Source of the DNA: Thermodesulfobacteriota bacterium
GTDB lineage: Bacteria; Desulfobacterota; Desulfarculia; JACQYL01
Assembly (NCBI GenBank): GCA_963675595.2
Contig: CAXXLZ010000002.1
Span: 704,001-768,000, forward strand
DNA length: 64,000 nt
Reading direction: 5' to 3'
Shown here piece by piece: positions 48,336 to 60,357 of this stretch. Both the position numbers and the translations under genes were made by a program. Within the stretch, counting starts at the first letter, position 1. Each line of letters starts with the position of its first letter. The notes below the pieces were generated by a model. It was not told the origin of the DNA. It did no database searches and was given only the letters and a program-made list of their open reading frames with translations.

Positions 48336-48530
48336 GCTTCCGTATCCTAATTCTTCAGACAATCTCACATCGTCGATGATTGAAGCCGGATATTTCGAGG
48401 GGCCCTCGAACACGCTGCTCGAAGGCCCCGGGACGGTCTCTCCAAGATCGGGGAAACCGTTCCGGTGTCTTCTCATGTCTTTGAAGGCCGCGCCGAGCCG
48501 GGGAGATATCCCAGACTCGGCGCAAAGCGT

Positions 48531-48974
48531 TTATCGTACGATGGTCACCGGGCAATGGGCCTTATGCACGACATCCGCGGCCACGGAGCCCAACAAGATC
48601 CGAGCCACGCCCGTTCTTCCCATGGATCCCATAACGATATGGGAGAACTTTTCCTCCTCCGCATATTCGATGATCGCGGCCGCGACGTTTCGACGAGCGT
48701 AAACGCGTGCGCAATCCACCTTGGCCACACCCGCTTCAGCGGCGACCCCGTGGGCCGAGCTGAGCTCCATGAAATCCTGGAGGTTCGCCGCCTCGATGAG
48801 TGTCGACCCTCGGTAGCGAATCTCCGACGCGGACTCTTCGGTAATTCTGGAAACCAGCAGAAACGTCAACGGCACTTCCAGTAGTTTGGCAAAGCGAACG
48901 GCAAAATCCACCGCTTTTTCCGCTGTAATGGACCCGTCCGTCGGACATAGAATCTTATTGATCAGTTCCCGCAT
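48531..48974 (-). CDS. Universal stress protein
   Basis: KILCPTDGS...IVMGSMGRTGVARILLGSVAADVVHKAHCPVTIVR. Confidence 0.92.
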   Translation of the reverse strand: MRELINKILCPTDGSITAEKAVDFAVRFAKLLEVPLTFLLVSRITEESASEIRYRGSTLIEAANLQDFMELSSAHGVAAEAGVAKVDCARVYARRNVAAAIIEYAEEEKFSHIVMGSMGRTGVARILLGSVAADVVHKAHCPVTIVR

Positions 48975-48987
48975 GACAATGCACCTC

Positions 48988-50391
48988 CTAGTAGCCTTTG
49001 GGTCTCGGCCAAGTCATTTGAAACTGCTCTCCGCGCTTGACGAATTTGTATCGATGGAAATGGAACCACAAGGAGGCAACGATATAGAACGTCATCATCG
49101 CCAGCAATTGCGTGCCGTAGCCAAGAAATGTGGCGAAGTAGGTGATGCAGCAAAGGATGAACAGGGTGGCGGCCGGAAGCGGATGAAAGGGATGGATATA
49201 CCCTCGTCGGATGGTGCCCAACGGCCAAAGTTTCCTGAAGCGCATCATGTTGATGGGCATGAACGTGTAACCCAGCAGCCCGGACAGAATGGAAAAGGTG
49301 ATCACCTGGTCCAGAAGTCCGGTGAAGGCGAAGGAAACCGCCACGGGCACCAGGAAAAGGATGGACCGGTAGGGGGTCCGGTAGCGGGGATGAACCGCGC
49401 CGAACCATACGGGAAGATACTGGTCTCTTCCCATGGAAAACCACGCGCGCGCCGCGTCGTTGATGGTTCCGTTGGCCGAAGCCACCGCCGAGAAGAGCGT
49501 GCCCACGAACATGCACACGGTGACGAAAGGATTGCCCAGGGCCCGAGCGGCGTCATATTGGGGAATGTAACTGACCCCCAGGTATTCCCAGGGCACAAGA
49601 CCCGACGTCAAATACCAGGTGACCGTTGCGGCGATGAGCAGCGTCATCATACCCGTCATGGTGCCCAGAGGCAGGGAGCGAGCCACCGAGCGCACTTCCT
49701 CGGCTGCTTGGCACGTGCCTTCGATCCCCAGATAATACCAGATGGCGAACTGGAACGCAGCGATCACGCCCAGCCACCCGTAGGGAAGGTCCGTCAGAAT
49801 CTCCCGATGATGCACGAACTCACCCGGATTCCATCCTTTGGCCCCGATGAAAAGAATGAAAATTGAAATGAACGCGATGGCCGTAATCACGAAATTGACC
49901 GTCAAGGTCATGAACACACCGCGATAATTCAACCATGCCAGGATTGCAATGGTAAAGACCACGAAAGGTCTCGGGTCCAGGTCCGGATGGCCGAAATCCC
50001 GGGCCGCTTCCACCAGCAAGTCCCCTACCACCAGTGCGTCCGCGGCTTCCAGCATCGTATAGGCGAATACCAGATAAAGCCCGACGTTGAAGGCCATCAA
50101 CGGCCCGATAATGTGTTTCGCTTGTGAATATTGGCCTCCTGCGGCGGCTACCGTCGAGGTGACTTCGGAGTCGATCATGGCCACGCAGGTATAGAGAAGA
50201 CCGATAAACCAGCAGGCGATGATCGAGCCCAGAGCCCCGCCTTTGCCGATACTGAAGTTGTAACCCATGAATTCGCCGACCAGCACGATGCCGACGCCCA
50301 GCGCCCAGACATGAGCCGGCCCCAACACCTTAAGCAGTGAAATTCGCTCAGGTTTTTCCGCCTGCTTCTTAGCTTTGCCTGCTTCGCTCAT
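48988..50391 (-). CDS. APC-superfamily amine/amino acid permease (ethanolamine transporter-like)
   Basis: HVWALGVGIVLVGEFMGYNF, AGGQY, AIWYYLGIEG..AAEE, HPRYRTPYRS; about 12 TM. Confidence 0.9.
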   Translation of the reverse strand: MSEAGKAKKQAEKPERISLLKVLGPAHVWALGVGIVLVGEFMGYNFSIGKGGALGSIIACWFIGLLYTCVAMIDSEVTSTVAAAGGQYSQAKHIIGPLMAFNVGLYLVFAYTMLEAADALVVGDLLVEAARDFGHPDLDPRPFVVFTIAILAWLNYRGVFMTLTVNFVITAIAFISIFILFIGAKGWNPGEFVHHREILTDLPYGWLGVIAAFQFAIWYYLGIEGTCQAAEEVRSVARSLPLGTMTGMMTLLIAATVTWYLTSGLVPWEYLGVSYIPQYDAARALGNPFVTVCMFVGTLFSAVASANGTINDAARAWFSMGRDQYLPVWFGAVHPRYRTPYRSILFLVPVAVSFAFTGLLDQVITFSILSGLLGYTFMPINMMRFRKLWPLGTIRRGYIHPFHPLPAATLFILCCITYFATFLGYGTQLLAMMTFYIVASLWFHFHRYKFVKRGEQFQMTWPRPKGY

Positions 50392-50405
50392 ATGCTTTCC
50401 CTCGC

Positions 50406-50618
50406 TCAATTCTTGGACCCGGAACCGCCGGCTTGTTTGGCACGTTCCGCAGCGTACATTTTCTCCTGTTCCGCAATCTCGTCATGGCCTTCACGCGAAC
50501 TCAGCAGGAAGTCTTCTTCGAATTCCTTGTTGGTTTTCATGAAGTCCATCAGCATCCAAAACAATAGGAGCGCCGCAATGATCCAACAGGCGTACCCCAG
50601 AATATCGAAAACGTCCAT
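50406..50618 (-). CDS. Small single-TM protein
   Basis: 70 aa, GAGGAGCAGGAG SD, N-terminal TM, acidic tail EEDFLLSSREG. Confidence 0.75.
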   Translation of the reverse strand: MDVFDILGYACWIIAALLLFWMLMDFMKTNKEFEEDFLLSSREGHDEIAEQEKMYAAERAKQAGGSGSKN

Positions 50619-50683
50619 TCTCCTGCTCCTCTTTGTTAAAGCTGTCGTCCCGCAATGACGTTAAGAAGACTTAGCGCGGGGAA

Positions 50684-51064
50684 TCAGTCAAATCTTTCGT
50701 GTATGACGTCCCGGTATTCCTTATCGGACAGACGAAGCATAAGAATGAAATAACCAAGGATGACCACTGCTGTGATGGCCAAAGTTAGGGGATCAATGCT
50801 GTAATCGAATCGAGCCGTTATATACTCCGCAGCGTCCTCGACACTCATTCCCAGTTTTTCCCATTGTGCCTGCATGGTTGGATTTTGACCCAGGTTTTCC
50901 CAGGTGAGATTTTCGGGAACGGAACTGACGGTTCGTCCGGCTGTGAGACCGAGCAGGATCGGAAGAAGGAGAACCGCGTAAATGATGATTAGGAGAAAAA
51001 GCGAGTCGAATATTTGACCTTGTCCCGTCTGTTTTGGTGGTTCGTAGACTTTCTTCGCAACCAT
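50684..51064 (-). CDS. Small 2-TM membrane protein
   Basis: YEPPKQ..GQIFDSLFLL...WENLGQNPTMQAQWEKLG...RFDYSID; AGGAGG SD. Confidence 0.8.
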   Translation of the reverse strand: MVAKKVYEPPKQTGQGQIFDSLFLLIIIYAVLLLPILLGLTAGRTVSSVPENLTWENLGQNPTMQAQWEKLGMSVEDAAEYITARFDYSIDPLTLAITAVVILGYFILMLRLSDKEYRDVIHERFD

Positions 51065-51105
51065 TCCTAACGACCTCCTATGATAGATGTCCTAATCATA
51101 CTTAA

Positions 51106-51435
51106 CTACCCTCGCTTGGACGCACGATACTGATCCAAATGGCGAAGATCCACAGTATAAATGAACTCTTTATCGTGGCTGTAATGACGAACCATCGCAG
51201 AAATGGAGGCGGTATTATAAACACACACAAGCAAACCACCAATAATCAGCGCCAGATTCACATCGCCGGAAGCGAACGGTGAAACAGACGTAATCATGAA
51301 GTAAACAAAGGCATAGGTGATCCACAGCCAAACCACGAATCCCCATCCGAATACAATGTCATAGGTGAACATCTTGTTGATTCTGGACTTAAACTGTTCT
51401 GACTTGTAATAAGCTTGATCATAATTCCCTGCCAT
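51106..51435 (-). CDS. Small 2-TM membrane protein
   Basis: RINKMFTYD...YNTASISAMVRHYSHDKEFIYTVDLRHLD; AAGGAGG SD. Confidence 0.8.
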   Translation of the reverse strand: MAGNYDQAYYKSEQFKSRINKMFTYDIVFGWGFVVWLWITYAFVYFMITSVSPFASGDVNLALIIGGLLVCVYNTASISAMVRHYSHDKEFIYTVDLRHLDQYRASKRG

Positions 51436-51603
51436 AATCCCTCCTTCCTCACCTCCGCTGTAAATTAAAACTTACTCATCCGCCAACAACCAACCCGAAA
51501 CCTCCACACACCTCCACGATGCCGCAAGCCCTTGCCGGCCGGTCAGAAATATAGAATGAAGGGACTCGCGAAACGAGGAACGCGGCGTACATCTTTAAGC
51601 CAC

Positions 51604-51633
51604 ACTTTATTCAAAGGCTTTTCAGTCTGTCAA
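51604..51633 (-). promoter_or_regulatory. sigma70 promoter of the permease operon
   Basis: TTGACA-18 bp-TAAAGT. Confidence 0.6.
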
Positions 51634-52374
51634 GATGAAAAACCACGTCCTAATTTTCTCCAATTTTGTTAACAGGTTTCATCTCTTCTGAAGGTACGGC
51701 GCACCCATGGTTCCCATTAGGTTCGGCGCTCCGCTTAATCTCAGGTAACAATAACAGCGGAATATCCCAATAAATCCTCGTAAGTTGCGAGCCTTCGTCC
51801 ACTAAGCTGATTTTTTTCCACGAGTCGGCCGACGGAGGATATTAGTCCAGATTTATTTTTGGCTTCACCAAAAGGTGTGACCTGATGTATAAAGATTTCT
51901 CTTACCTGTGGGCGTTCTTCAATGGTCGGACGACCTTTTTGGAAAACTCCGGGGAGGACTTTGGAAGCCCCACTAACAAGAATCGGGGATGAGGCCGATG
52001 CTTGCCCGAGGGAACCGGGAGCGTCATTGCAAAGAACTCCTCGGAGGACCGAGGGAATTCCGGGCCTCAAGACCCGCGACTCCCCGCCGATGTTCGATGA
52101 AGGCGAAAAGGCGGGAACCAGGAGGGACGTTGTCGAGCCCGAGGGACTTTTCGTTCCGCCGGTGCGTCGACCTGATTCCACGGAGGCCGGCGTTGGCGTT
52201 GTCCGGAATATTCATATCTGCTGCGGAGGGACTCGCTCAGCGAGTCCGGTCAATCCGCCAACGGATTCGGCTGAAAAACGCAAGGGCGCCGAGGACTCGT
52301 GCCGCGTATTTCGCCCTTGACCTCTCAGGGGAATCGGAACAGGCGGCTTGCGGTTCCGGGAACAGGGGACGCTG

Positions 52375-53073
52375 ATGCAAAACGGGCCTATTCTTCTGGT
52401 GGTGCTCCTGGTCGTAATTCTCGCGATCCTTTACAGGCGCAATCGGAACAGAATCAGGGAAGAGCGGGGGGCAATGTTCAACGAGTCCCTGTCCTTGTTC
52501 GATTCTTGCCGTGTAACTCAGGACGGCACCTATTTCCCTGTCTTGGAGGGACGATATCGAGATCACGATTTCAAGATTGAATTGATCCTGGACAGCATCG
52601 TGATGCGGCAGATTCCGTCCCTTTGGATGTTGGTTTCTTTGCGTGCCCCGGTCCCCTATCGGGGCGTGGTGGATTTCCTGGTCCGCCCCAAGAACACGGA
52701 ATTTTACTCCCCGACGTCGAAGCTCAAGTTCGACCTGATCATCCCCGACAATTGGCCCCAGCATGCCGTGCTAAGAACCGACGACCCGGACCGTCTGCCC
52801 CCCAAGGAACTCATTGATCCCCACATGAACATTTTTCAGGATCTCAAGGCCAAAGAACTCTTGGTGACCCCCAATGGAGTTCGCATCGTCTATCTTGCCA
52901 AAAATGCGGTGAGGGCTCACTATATGGTTCTCAGACAGGCGCATTTCGAAAATCTCTCCCTCTCTCCCAGTCTGGTGCGCGCTTTGATGGACCGGACCAT
53001 CGCTCTTTACGAAGACCTATCTGCAGGACAGTCCCCACCGCTTACTGCGGCGGAGCCTCCAGACGTGGAATGA
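52375..53073 (+). CDS. Membrane-anchored hypothetical protein
   Basis: N-terminal TM; FPVLEGRY, RQIPSLWMLVSL, RPKNTEFYSP, KELLVTPNGVRIV. Confidence 0.75.
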   Translation: MQNGPILLVVLLVVILAILYRRNRNRIREERGAMFNESLSLFDSCRVTQDGTYFPVLEGRYRDHDFKIELILDSIVMRQIPSLWMLVSLRAPVPYRGVVDFLVRPKNTEFYSPTSKLKFDLIIPDNWPQHAVLRTDDPDRLPPKELIDPHMNIFQDLKAKELLVTPNGVRIVYLAKNAVRAHYMVLRQAHFENLSLSPSLVRALMDRTIALYEDLSAGQSPPLTAAEPPDVE

Positions 53074-53155
53074 AGGCGTAGGGTTCCCGTCCGGACTTCC
53101 CTCGGCTCTCACCCCACGCCCCCCGAGGCGAGCCGGTGCCGTGCATTTCTTCGAG

Positions 53156-54637
53156 TCAGCCGCCGTGATCCGGGGAGTATTTCATTAGATACTCCTCCAT
53201 GCGGAGTTTCCTTCGTGCGTTGTTGGAGCTCATGTATCGAACTTTGCCGAAAATCTTCCTTTCCGGCCCCCATGGCCGGTCATAGCGTCCCAGAATCCAG
53301 AAGAGTCCCGTGTAGGAGTTGGGATCCCTGCCGTCAAGAGCGTATCGGTTGTTGAGTTCCACGAGGAAGGTCGAGGCCTCCTCGGGAGTCTCCGTCCATT
53401 CGAGGATTCGCTTTCCCCAAACCATGCGCAGGTAGTTGTGAATCCTTCCCTCGCGCAGGAGTTGGACCTGCGCGGCATTCCAGACCGGATCTCCGGTTCG
53501 CGCCGACGCGAGCTCATCCAAGGAATATATTCGGGGTCTTGGGTCTCGTGAGTGCTTTTTCAGAGTGTCTCGGGCCCATTCCGGCAGGGATCCGTATTCC
53601 GCGTAATCTTCTCGGTGGAAACAGAAGTTGAAGCCCAACTCACGCCAAGTGACCAGCTGGTCCAGAAACGCTTCGGCCGAAGGAGACATCCCCCACCAAC
53701 CTTCCCTCTTTCCCCGGGCGGTTCTTCCGAGCAGATCAGGAAACCACTCCTCCCGTTCCGCCAAAGCGTGAAAGACCTCGTGACTCGAAATATGGCCGAA
53801 ATGAAGGTACGGAGACAGCCCGCTGCATGCCTCTTCGTCGGGATGGTTGTGATCTTCGGCGTATCGATCCAGCCCGAAAGCCAGAAAATCGTCAAGCGCC
53901 GTGACCGCCGCGTTTGAGCCCCCCTCCGGACCTTCCGCCAAGGGAGTGGAATGGTCCACCGGTAGACTGGAAACCAACGAGGGATAATCTTCTATACTTT
54001 CAGGCGAAGATGGCGGCCACCGGTCGCGAATGCCCATGGGCACTTGGTCGAGCAAGGGAAGCTTCAGGGACGACAAAGGGTTCGGCACGGGAGCGTTGCT
54101 CAAATGAAAGGGAAGAATCCTCTGGAGTTGACTCCTGAAGCCGTGGGCCGTTGGAAAGCACCTCTCGGCGGCTTTCAGGGGAAGCAGCCCGTTGGAGTCT
54201 ACCGCCTCAAGCTTTACCGATACCTGCCGTGCGGCGGATTCGATCATTCTCGGAAGAAAGAAGCAGGGGAAATCGTCCGTCACCACGACACAGGCCTCTT
54301 CCGCAAGCGCCGGTAGAAGCCCTTTTCCCGCTCCCTCTGAAGGCTCGAAATAGGGATAGTAGGTTGCCGCGGATTCGGCGCATATTCGGCCGTTGTCGCG
54401 CATGCCGGCTGCTACGAATGCGTGAAGGCGGTCACTCGCCCAAGGATATCCTACGCGAAGAGCTTCGAGAATCAGCAACGGCTTTCGCAGTTCCTCCGCC
54501 CACCAAATCGCGCGATCCAGGCTGAAGTTCCATCGCAACCGTCTGGATGAGATCATCCAGTATAGGACGTAGACGCCTTCGGGGCGAATCGGCGCTTTAT
54601 TGCACGTTCTGATTCGTATATCGGGCGTCTCCGTAAT
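53156..54637 (-). CDS. Deoxyribodipyrimidine photolyase (class II CPD-like), apparently with a non-canonical start codon
   Basis: GVYVLYWM, VDSNGLLP, SGLSPYLHFGHIS, IHNYLRMVWGKRILEW, NNRYALDGRDPNSY, FGKVRYMS; conserved-looking N-terminus extends upstream of first ATG (54556). Confidence 0.9.
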   Translation of the reverse strand: MTETPDIRIRTCNKAPIRPEGVYVLYWMISSRRLRWNFSLDRAIWWAEELRKPLLILEALRVGYPWASDRLHAFVAAGMRDNGRICAESAATYYPYFEPSEGAGKGLLPALAEEACVVVTDDFPCFFLPRMIESAARQVSVKLEAVDSNGLLPLKAAERCFPTAHGFRSQLQRILPFHLSNAPVPNPLSSLKLPLLDQVPMGIRDRWPPSSPESIEDYPSLVSSLPVDHSTPLAEGPEGGSNAAVTALDDFLAFGLDRYAEDHNHPDEEACSGLSPYLHFGHISSHEVFHALAEREEWFPDLLGRTARGKREGWWGMSPSAEAFLDQLVTWRELGFNFCFHREDYAEYGSLPEWARDTLKKHSRDPRPRIYSLDELASARTGDPVWNAAQVQLLREGRIHNYLRMVWGKRILEWTETPEEASTFLVELNNRYALDGRDPNSYTGLFWILGRYDRPWGPERKIFGKVRYMSSNNARRKLRMEEYLMKYSPDHGG

Positions 54638-54668
54638 ATGTCTCCCCGTTTAAGGCGGAAATTCGCCT

Positions 54669-55445
54669 TCACTTGTGTTTCCAGACCGGATCCCGCTTTT
54701 CCAGGAAGGCCCCGATCCCCTCGAACGCATCCTGGTTGAGCAAATCAAAGGCTATAATCTCCCGCGCGTAGTCCAACGCACGATCTTCATCCATTTCTAT
54801 CTGTCGATAAAACGCCGCCTTGCCGGAACGAACCACATGCCTGCTGTAACCCGCGATGGTTCGAGCCATATCAAGTGTGACCTCGTCCAATTGTTCATTG
54901 GAGGTCACGCGGCTCACCAAGCCGTACTGAAGCGCTTCCGCCGCTGAAAGAATCCGGCCGGTCATGAGCATGTCCAAGGCGATCTTCCTGCCCACGCAAC
55001 GCGTCAAAGGAATCATGGGGGTCGTGCAGAACAGCCCGATTTTGACTCCGGGGGTCGCGAACCGTGCCCCTTCTTCCGCAACCACCAAATCGCAGGTCGC
55101 GACCAGTTGGCATCCCGCCGCAAATGCCGCTCCCCGTACCGACGCAATCACCGGCATGGGGAGTGCGTGAAGGGCCTCCATCATGTTTCCACAGCACGTG
55201 AATACGGTACGGTAATAGGAGGGGTCGCCGTCGACCAATTCTTTGAGCAAGTGACCGGATGAAAAATGTTTGCCCGCTCCTTTGATGACCAACGCCGAAA
55301 CGTCTTCCCGAGAGGACAGTTCTTTCAGTACCTCTTGCACCTCCCGGATAAGTTCCAGGGAAAGAGTGTTGGCCGAGTCCGGTCTGTTCAGGATCAATGT
55401 GGCCAGCGAGTCTTGAACGGAATACAGGATATGCTCAAAAGTCAT
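54669..55445 (-). CDS. Enoyl-CoA hydratase/isomerase (ECHDC3-like)
   Basis: HFSSGHLLKE, GAAFAAGCQLVATCDL, FATPGVKIGLFCTTP; AGGAGG SD. Confidence 0.9.
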   Translation of the reverse strand: MTFEHILYSVQDSLATLILNRPDSANTLSLELIREVQEVLKELSSREDVSALVIKGAGKHFSSGHLLKELVDGDPSYYRTVFTCCGNMMEALHALPMPVIASVRGAAFAAGCQLVATCDLVVAEEGARFATPGVKIGLFCTTPMIPLTRCVGRKIALDMLMTGRILSAAEALQYGLVSRVTSNEQLDEVTLDMARTIAGYSRHVVRSGKAAFYRQIEMDEDRALDYAREIIAFDLLNQDAFEGIGAFLEKRDPVWKHK

Positions 55446-55774
55446 GATGCCTCCTTCCATCAGGGCGTGGACAGTCGAGTCGCTTCGCGGCGATCCAGGG
55501 TTTGCCCCAACGAACAAAGTCATCGGCGCCTCGAAGCCCACCGAAGGAGGTCTTGAGAAGCCGTATCAATAACGCTCAACTGATCGTCCGGTTGATCAAC
55601 CGACGCTACGGGTCTCGCGACACGTGGTAGCCCAATCGGCTCGGTTTGGACGAACTCATTTGATTTGCGATCGGATAAAACCATCAAAAGAATACTCTTC
55701 GCATCGTTCCAAGTAAACCTCGATGTCGCTGCGAGGACGAAAGGATCTCGGCACTTATCTCACGACGATTTATG

Positions 55775-55803
55775 TTGCCGCACACAACTCCGAAAGGTAC
55801 TAT
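55775..55803 (+). promoter_or_regulatory. sigma70 promoter of usp-nth
   Basis: TTGCCG-17 bp-TACTAT. Confidence 0.55.
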
Positions 55804-55851
55804 TTATAAATCAAGTCGTCCACGGCCGAACACCGATGACCGGAGCAAACC

Positions 55852-56343
55852 GTGATTCCCGAAATCCGCAAGATACTCTACTCTACGGACCTGTCGCCCA
55901 ACGCCCGTCACGCTTTCAGTTACGCGGCGAGCATCGCCAACCGCTACGGAGCCGGAATCACGATTCTCCATGTAATGGAGGAACCGTCCCAATTCTCCGA
56001 CAGCCTGGTGGTCAACATCTTGGGCGGCAACAGGTGGGGAGAGTTGAGAAAAGCTCATGAGCTCAGAGTGTTGGAGACCGTTAAGCAGCGTCTGGAGGCG
56101 TTCTGCGAAGAAACGGCGGAAGAGTTGCCGTCTTGCCCTTTTCTCACGGACGACATCATCATCCGGATCGGCAACCCGGTGGAGGAGATCGTTAGAATAG
56201 CATCCGGCGATGAGTTCGATTTGGTGGTCATAGGTGCGCACGGCCATGAAGGTCTCACGGACGCCATGATGGGCAGTACGGCCGCCAGGGTGCTCAGGAG
56301 ATGCCGGACCCCCGTCTTGCTGGTGCGTCTTCCGGAGAATTGA
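55852..56343 (+). CDS. Universal stress protein
   Basis: KILYSTDLS..., VIGAHGH...MMGSTAARVLRRCRTPVLLVR. Confidence 0.92.
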   Translation: MIPEIRKILYSTDLSPNARHAFSYAASIANRYGAGITILHVMEEPSQFSDSLVVNILGGNRWGELRKAHELRVLETVKQRLEAFCEETAEELPSCPFLTDDIIIRIGNPVEEIVRIASGDEFDLVVIGAHGHEGLTDAMMGSTAARVLRRCRTPVLLVRLPEN

Positions 56344-56448
56344 ACGTTTTTAAAAAGCCTTCCGTTGCCTGCTGCTTCAACAGACGATTTCCCACAATCA
56401 TCGGACCTCGACGTTTTTATCCGATTTCTTTCCGACACGGAGCGTAAC

Positions 56449-57105
56449 TTGACGCAAATCGATATACACCGAGCCATTCCCATCCTTCGGGATTTCGCTC
56501 GGAAGCTTCGAATTCCCGCCGTTGGGAAAATAGCCGAGAGGCGACGCGACCCATTCCGCGTACTCATTTCCTGTCTCCTCAGTCTCCGCACCCAGGACAA
56601 AACCACACTCCAGGCAAGCCTGAATCTGTTCGAGAAAGCGGATACGCCGGAAGGCATCCTCTCCCTGTCGGAAGAAGAAATCCGAGAAACAATCTATCCA
56701 GTGGGATTCTATCGAAGAAAGGCGAAGACTCTCATCGAAGTCAGCAGGGACCTCGTGGGTCGGTTTCAGGGGAGGGTCCCCAAAACCCTGGAAGAGCTTC
56801 TCACTCTGAAGGGAGTGGGCAGAAAAACGGCCAATCTAGTACTGACGGTAGCCTATGAACTGCCGGGAATCTGCGTGGACACACACGTACACAGAATCAG
56901 CAACCGGTGGGGATACGTGAAAACCAAAGACCCGGACGCCACTGAGACGGCCCTCAGACGAAAGCTGCCCCGGGAGTACTGGATCGAACTCAACGACCTG
57001 CTGGTGCCCTTCGGTCAATTCGTGTGTAAGCCCATCTCTCCGCTTTGCAGCCAGTGCCCCATCGGGAAGCTATGCCCGAGAATCGGAGTCGAACGAAGCC
57101 GCTGA
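56449..57105 (+). CDS. nth: Endonuclease III
   Basis: Hh[37 protein letters not shown] 4Fe-4S motif; probable TTG start. Confidence 0.93.
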   Translation: MTQIDIHRAIPILRDFARKLRIPAVGKIAERRRDPFRVLISCLLSLRTQDKTTLQASLNLFEKADTPEGILSLSEEEIRETIYPVGFYRRKAKTLIEVSRDLVGRFQGRVPKTLEELLTLKGVGRKTANLVLTVAYELPGICVDTHVHRISNRWGYVKTKDPDATETALRRKLPREYWIELNDLLVPFGQFVCKPISPLCSQCPIGKLCPRIGVERSR

Positions 57106-57285
57106 AGGCAGTGGAAGGAGTTGCCGATCCGAATGGGCGTGGCGGCTTCCAGGCCGGGGATCATCAGGTCCGACTTAACGAGAACTCCGACCGATCTCCT
57201 GGCCGCTTACCGCACAGCTGTGCGGCAAAAAAGAAGTCACTGTCGGCACGTTTCCGTCAAATCTCCGAGAAGGTTGGCCCACGTC

Positions 57286-57759
57286 TCAGCTCAGCAGGGC
57301 GCCCTGCTCGAATTTCATGACTTCAACACGGGATCGGAGGAGAGCATCCCGGGCCAGTTCATCCACGGCATCCTCTTGCTCATAGTCCGTCTGAAGGTTC
57401 TCCAGGAGTTCGATTTCCCGCTTCAGCGCCTCCACCGTGGGCTCCATGGACTTCAACGAACGCGTGGGGTCCAGAAGTTCGCTCTGATACTGTTCCAAGA
57501 GGTCCAGAATGGTCTCCACTTGGCCCATGAGACCCGTTCTCAGCGTGTCCTCGGAACCGTCGATCGACCCCAGACCGGGTAACGCGGAGACGTTCCTGGG
57601 CATTCCCAGCGCTCCCGTCCCAGTGGTCGGACCGGTCGCGTCTTTGCCTATCACGCTCTTCTCAAGCAGGCTTTGAAAAGTATCGCCCGAAGCTTCACTG
57701 TTTTTCTTTCGATCCGCTTCGATTTGCTGCTGAATTCGTAGTAGTTCTTCTATTTTCAT
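57286..57759 (-). CDS. Hypothetical protein, probably flagellar regulon
   Basis: Helical 157-aa ORF downstream of cheX, preceded by a sigma28-like promoter. Confidence 0.7.
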   Translation of the reverse strand: MKIEELLRIQQQIEADRKKNSEASGDTFQSLLEKSVIGKDATGPTTGTGALGMPRNVSALPGLGSIDGSEDTLRTGLMGQVETILDLLEQYQSELLDPTRSLKSMEPTVEALKREIELLENLQTDYEQEDAVDELARDALLRSRVEVMKFEQGALLS

Positions 57760-57851
57760 AACTTCTACCCCGCCTGATTGGATGAACCGACTGCTCGTAA
57801 TCATTGAACAGCGCCCGGGCGCCTTCCGTTCGCAGCGGCCTATGATTTATC

Positions 57852-57878
57852 AAATCGGCAGAAATACTTCAATCTTGA
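57852..57878 (-). promoter_or_regulatory. sigma28 (FliA) promoter
   Basis: TCAA-15 bp-GCCGATTT. Confidence 0.6.
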
Positions 57879-57946
57879 GCTCTAAATCGGCGAAAACGTT
57901 TTCGTTTAATTCCCGCCCTAACCACCTCCCTCGGACGGCTCTCGGC

Positions 57947-58408
57947 TTATTGGTCGAAATTGACCTCCACCAGGAAGCTGCCGAACTCCGTGTCGAAGGG
58001 AATGGCGACGCACGGACCATTATTGATGTGCCTGATGTTGTGACCCGGACCGGAAATCACCGTGGGCAAAGCCGCTTTCAGGTTGATTCCCATTTCGTCC
58101 AGTTTTCTACGGGCGTCACCCGAGATCATGTTCGTGATCTCACCCACGGCGTCCCTCACCTCGTCCGTGATGCCGTCCACCGCTTCACCAAACATGTTGC
58201 CCACGACTTTTTCTATGCAGGCTTGAGAAAAGGTAATGGAAAGCGATCCGTTGGTTTCCCCGGTAATTCCAATGATTCCGGTGATGTCTCCGATGGCGGT
58301 TTTGTCCTTTTTCAGAAAAGGCTTGCCGGGCCTGGCTTCCACAAAAGCCATGGTGCTGAGTACGTTAACGGCAGCATTCAGGAACGGATTGATCATCTCC
58401 ACTTTCAT
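57947..58408 (-). CDS. cheX: Chemotaxis phosphatase CheX
   Basis: INPFLNAAVNVLSTM, GDITGIIG, DAVGEITNMISG, PTVISG. Confidence 0.92.
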   Translation of the reverse strand: MKVEMINPFLNAAVNVLSTMAFVEARPGKPFLKKDKTAIGDITGIIGITGETNGSLSITFSQACIEKVVGNMFGEAVDGITDEVRDAVGEITNMISGDARRKLDEMGINLKAALPTVISGPGHNIRHINNGPCVAIPFDTEFGSFLVEVNFDQ

Positions 58409-58457
58409 TTCTGCACACCTTTCATACCTTTGCCGAACGCCGGTATCCGGATGCCGA

Positions 58458-60322
<1,865 letters not shown>

Positions 60323-60357
60323 GAAGATCGATTTCCGAGATGTCCGACGCCGGTCCG

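Noticed and set aside
51741-52375. Several overlapping 63-146 aa ORFs
   Set aside because: No SD or motif, low-complexity translations; treated as intergenic
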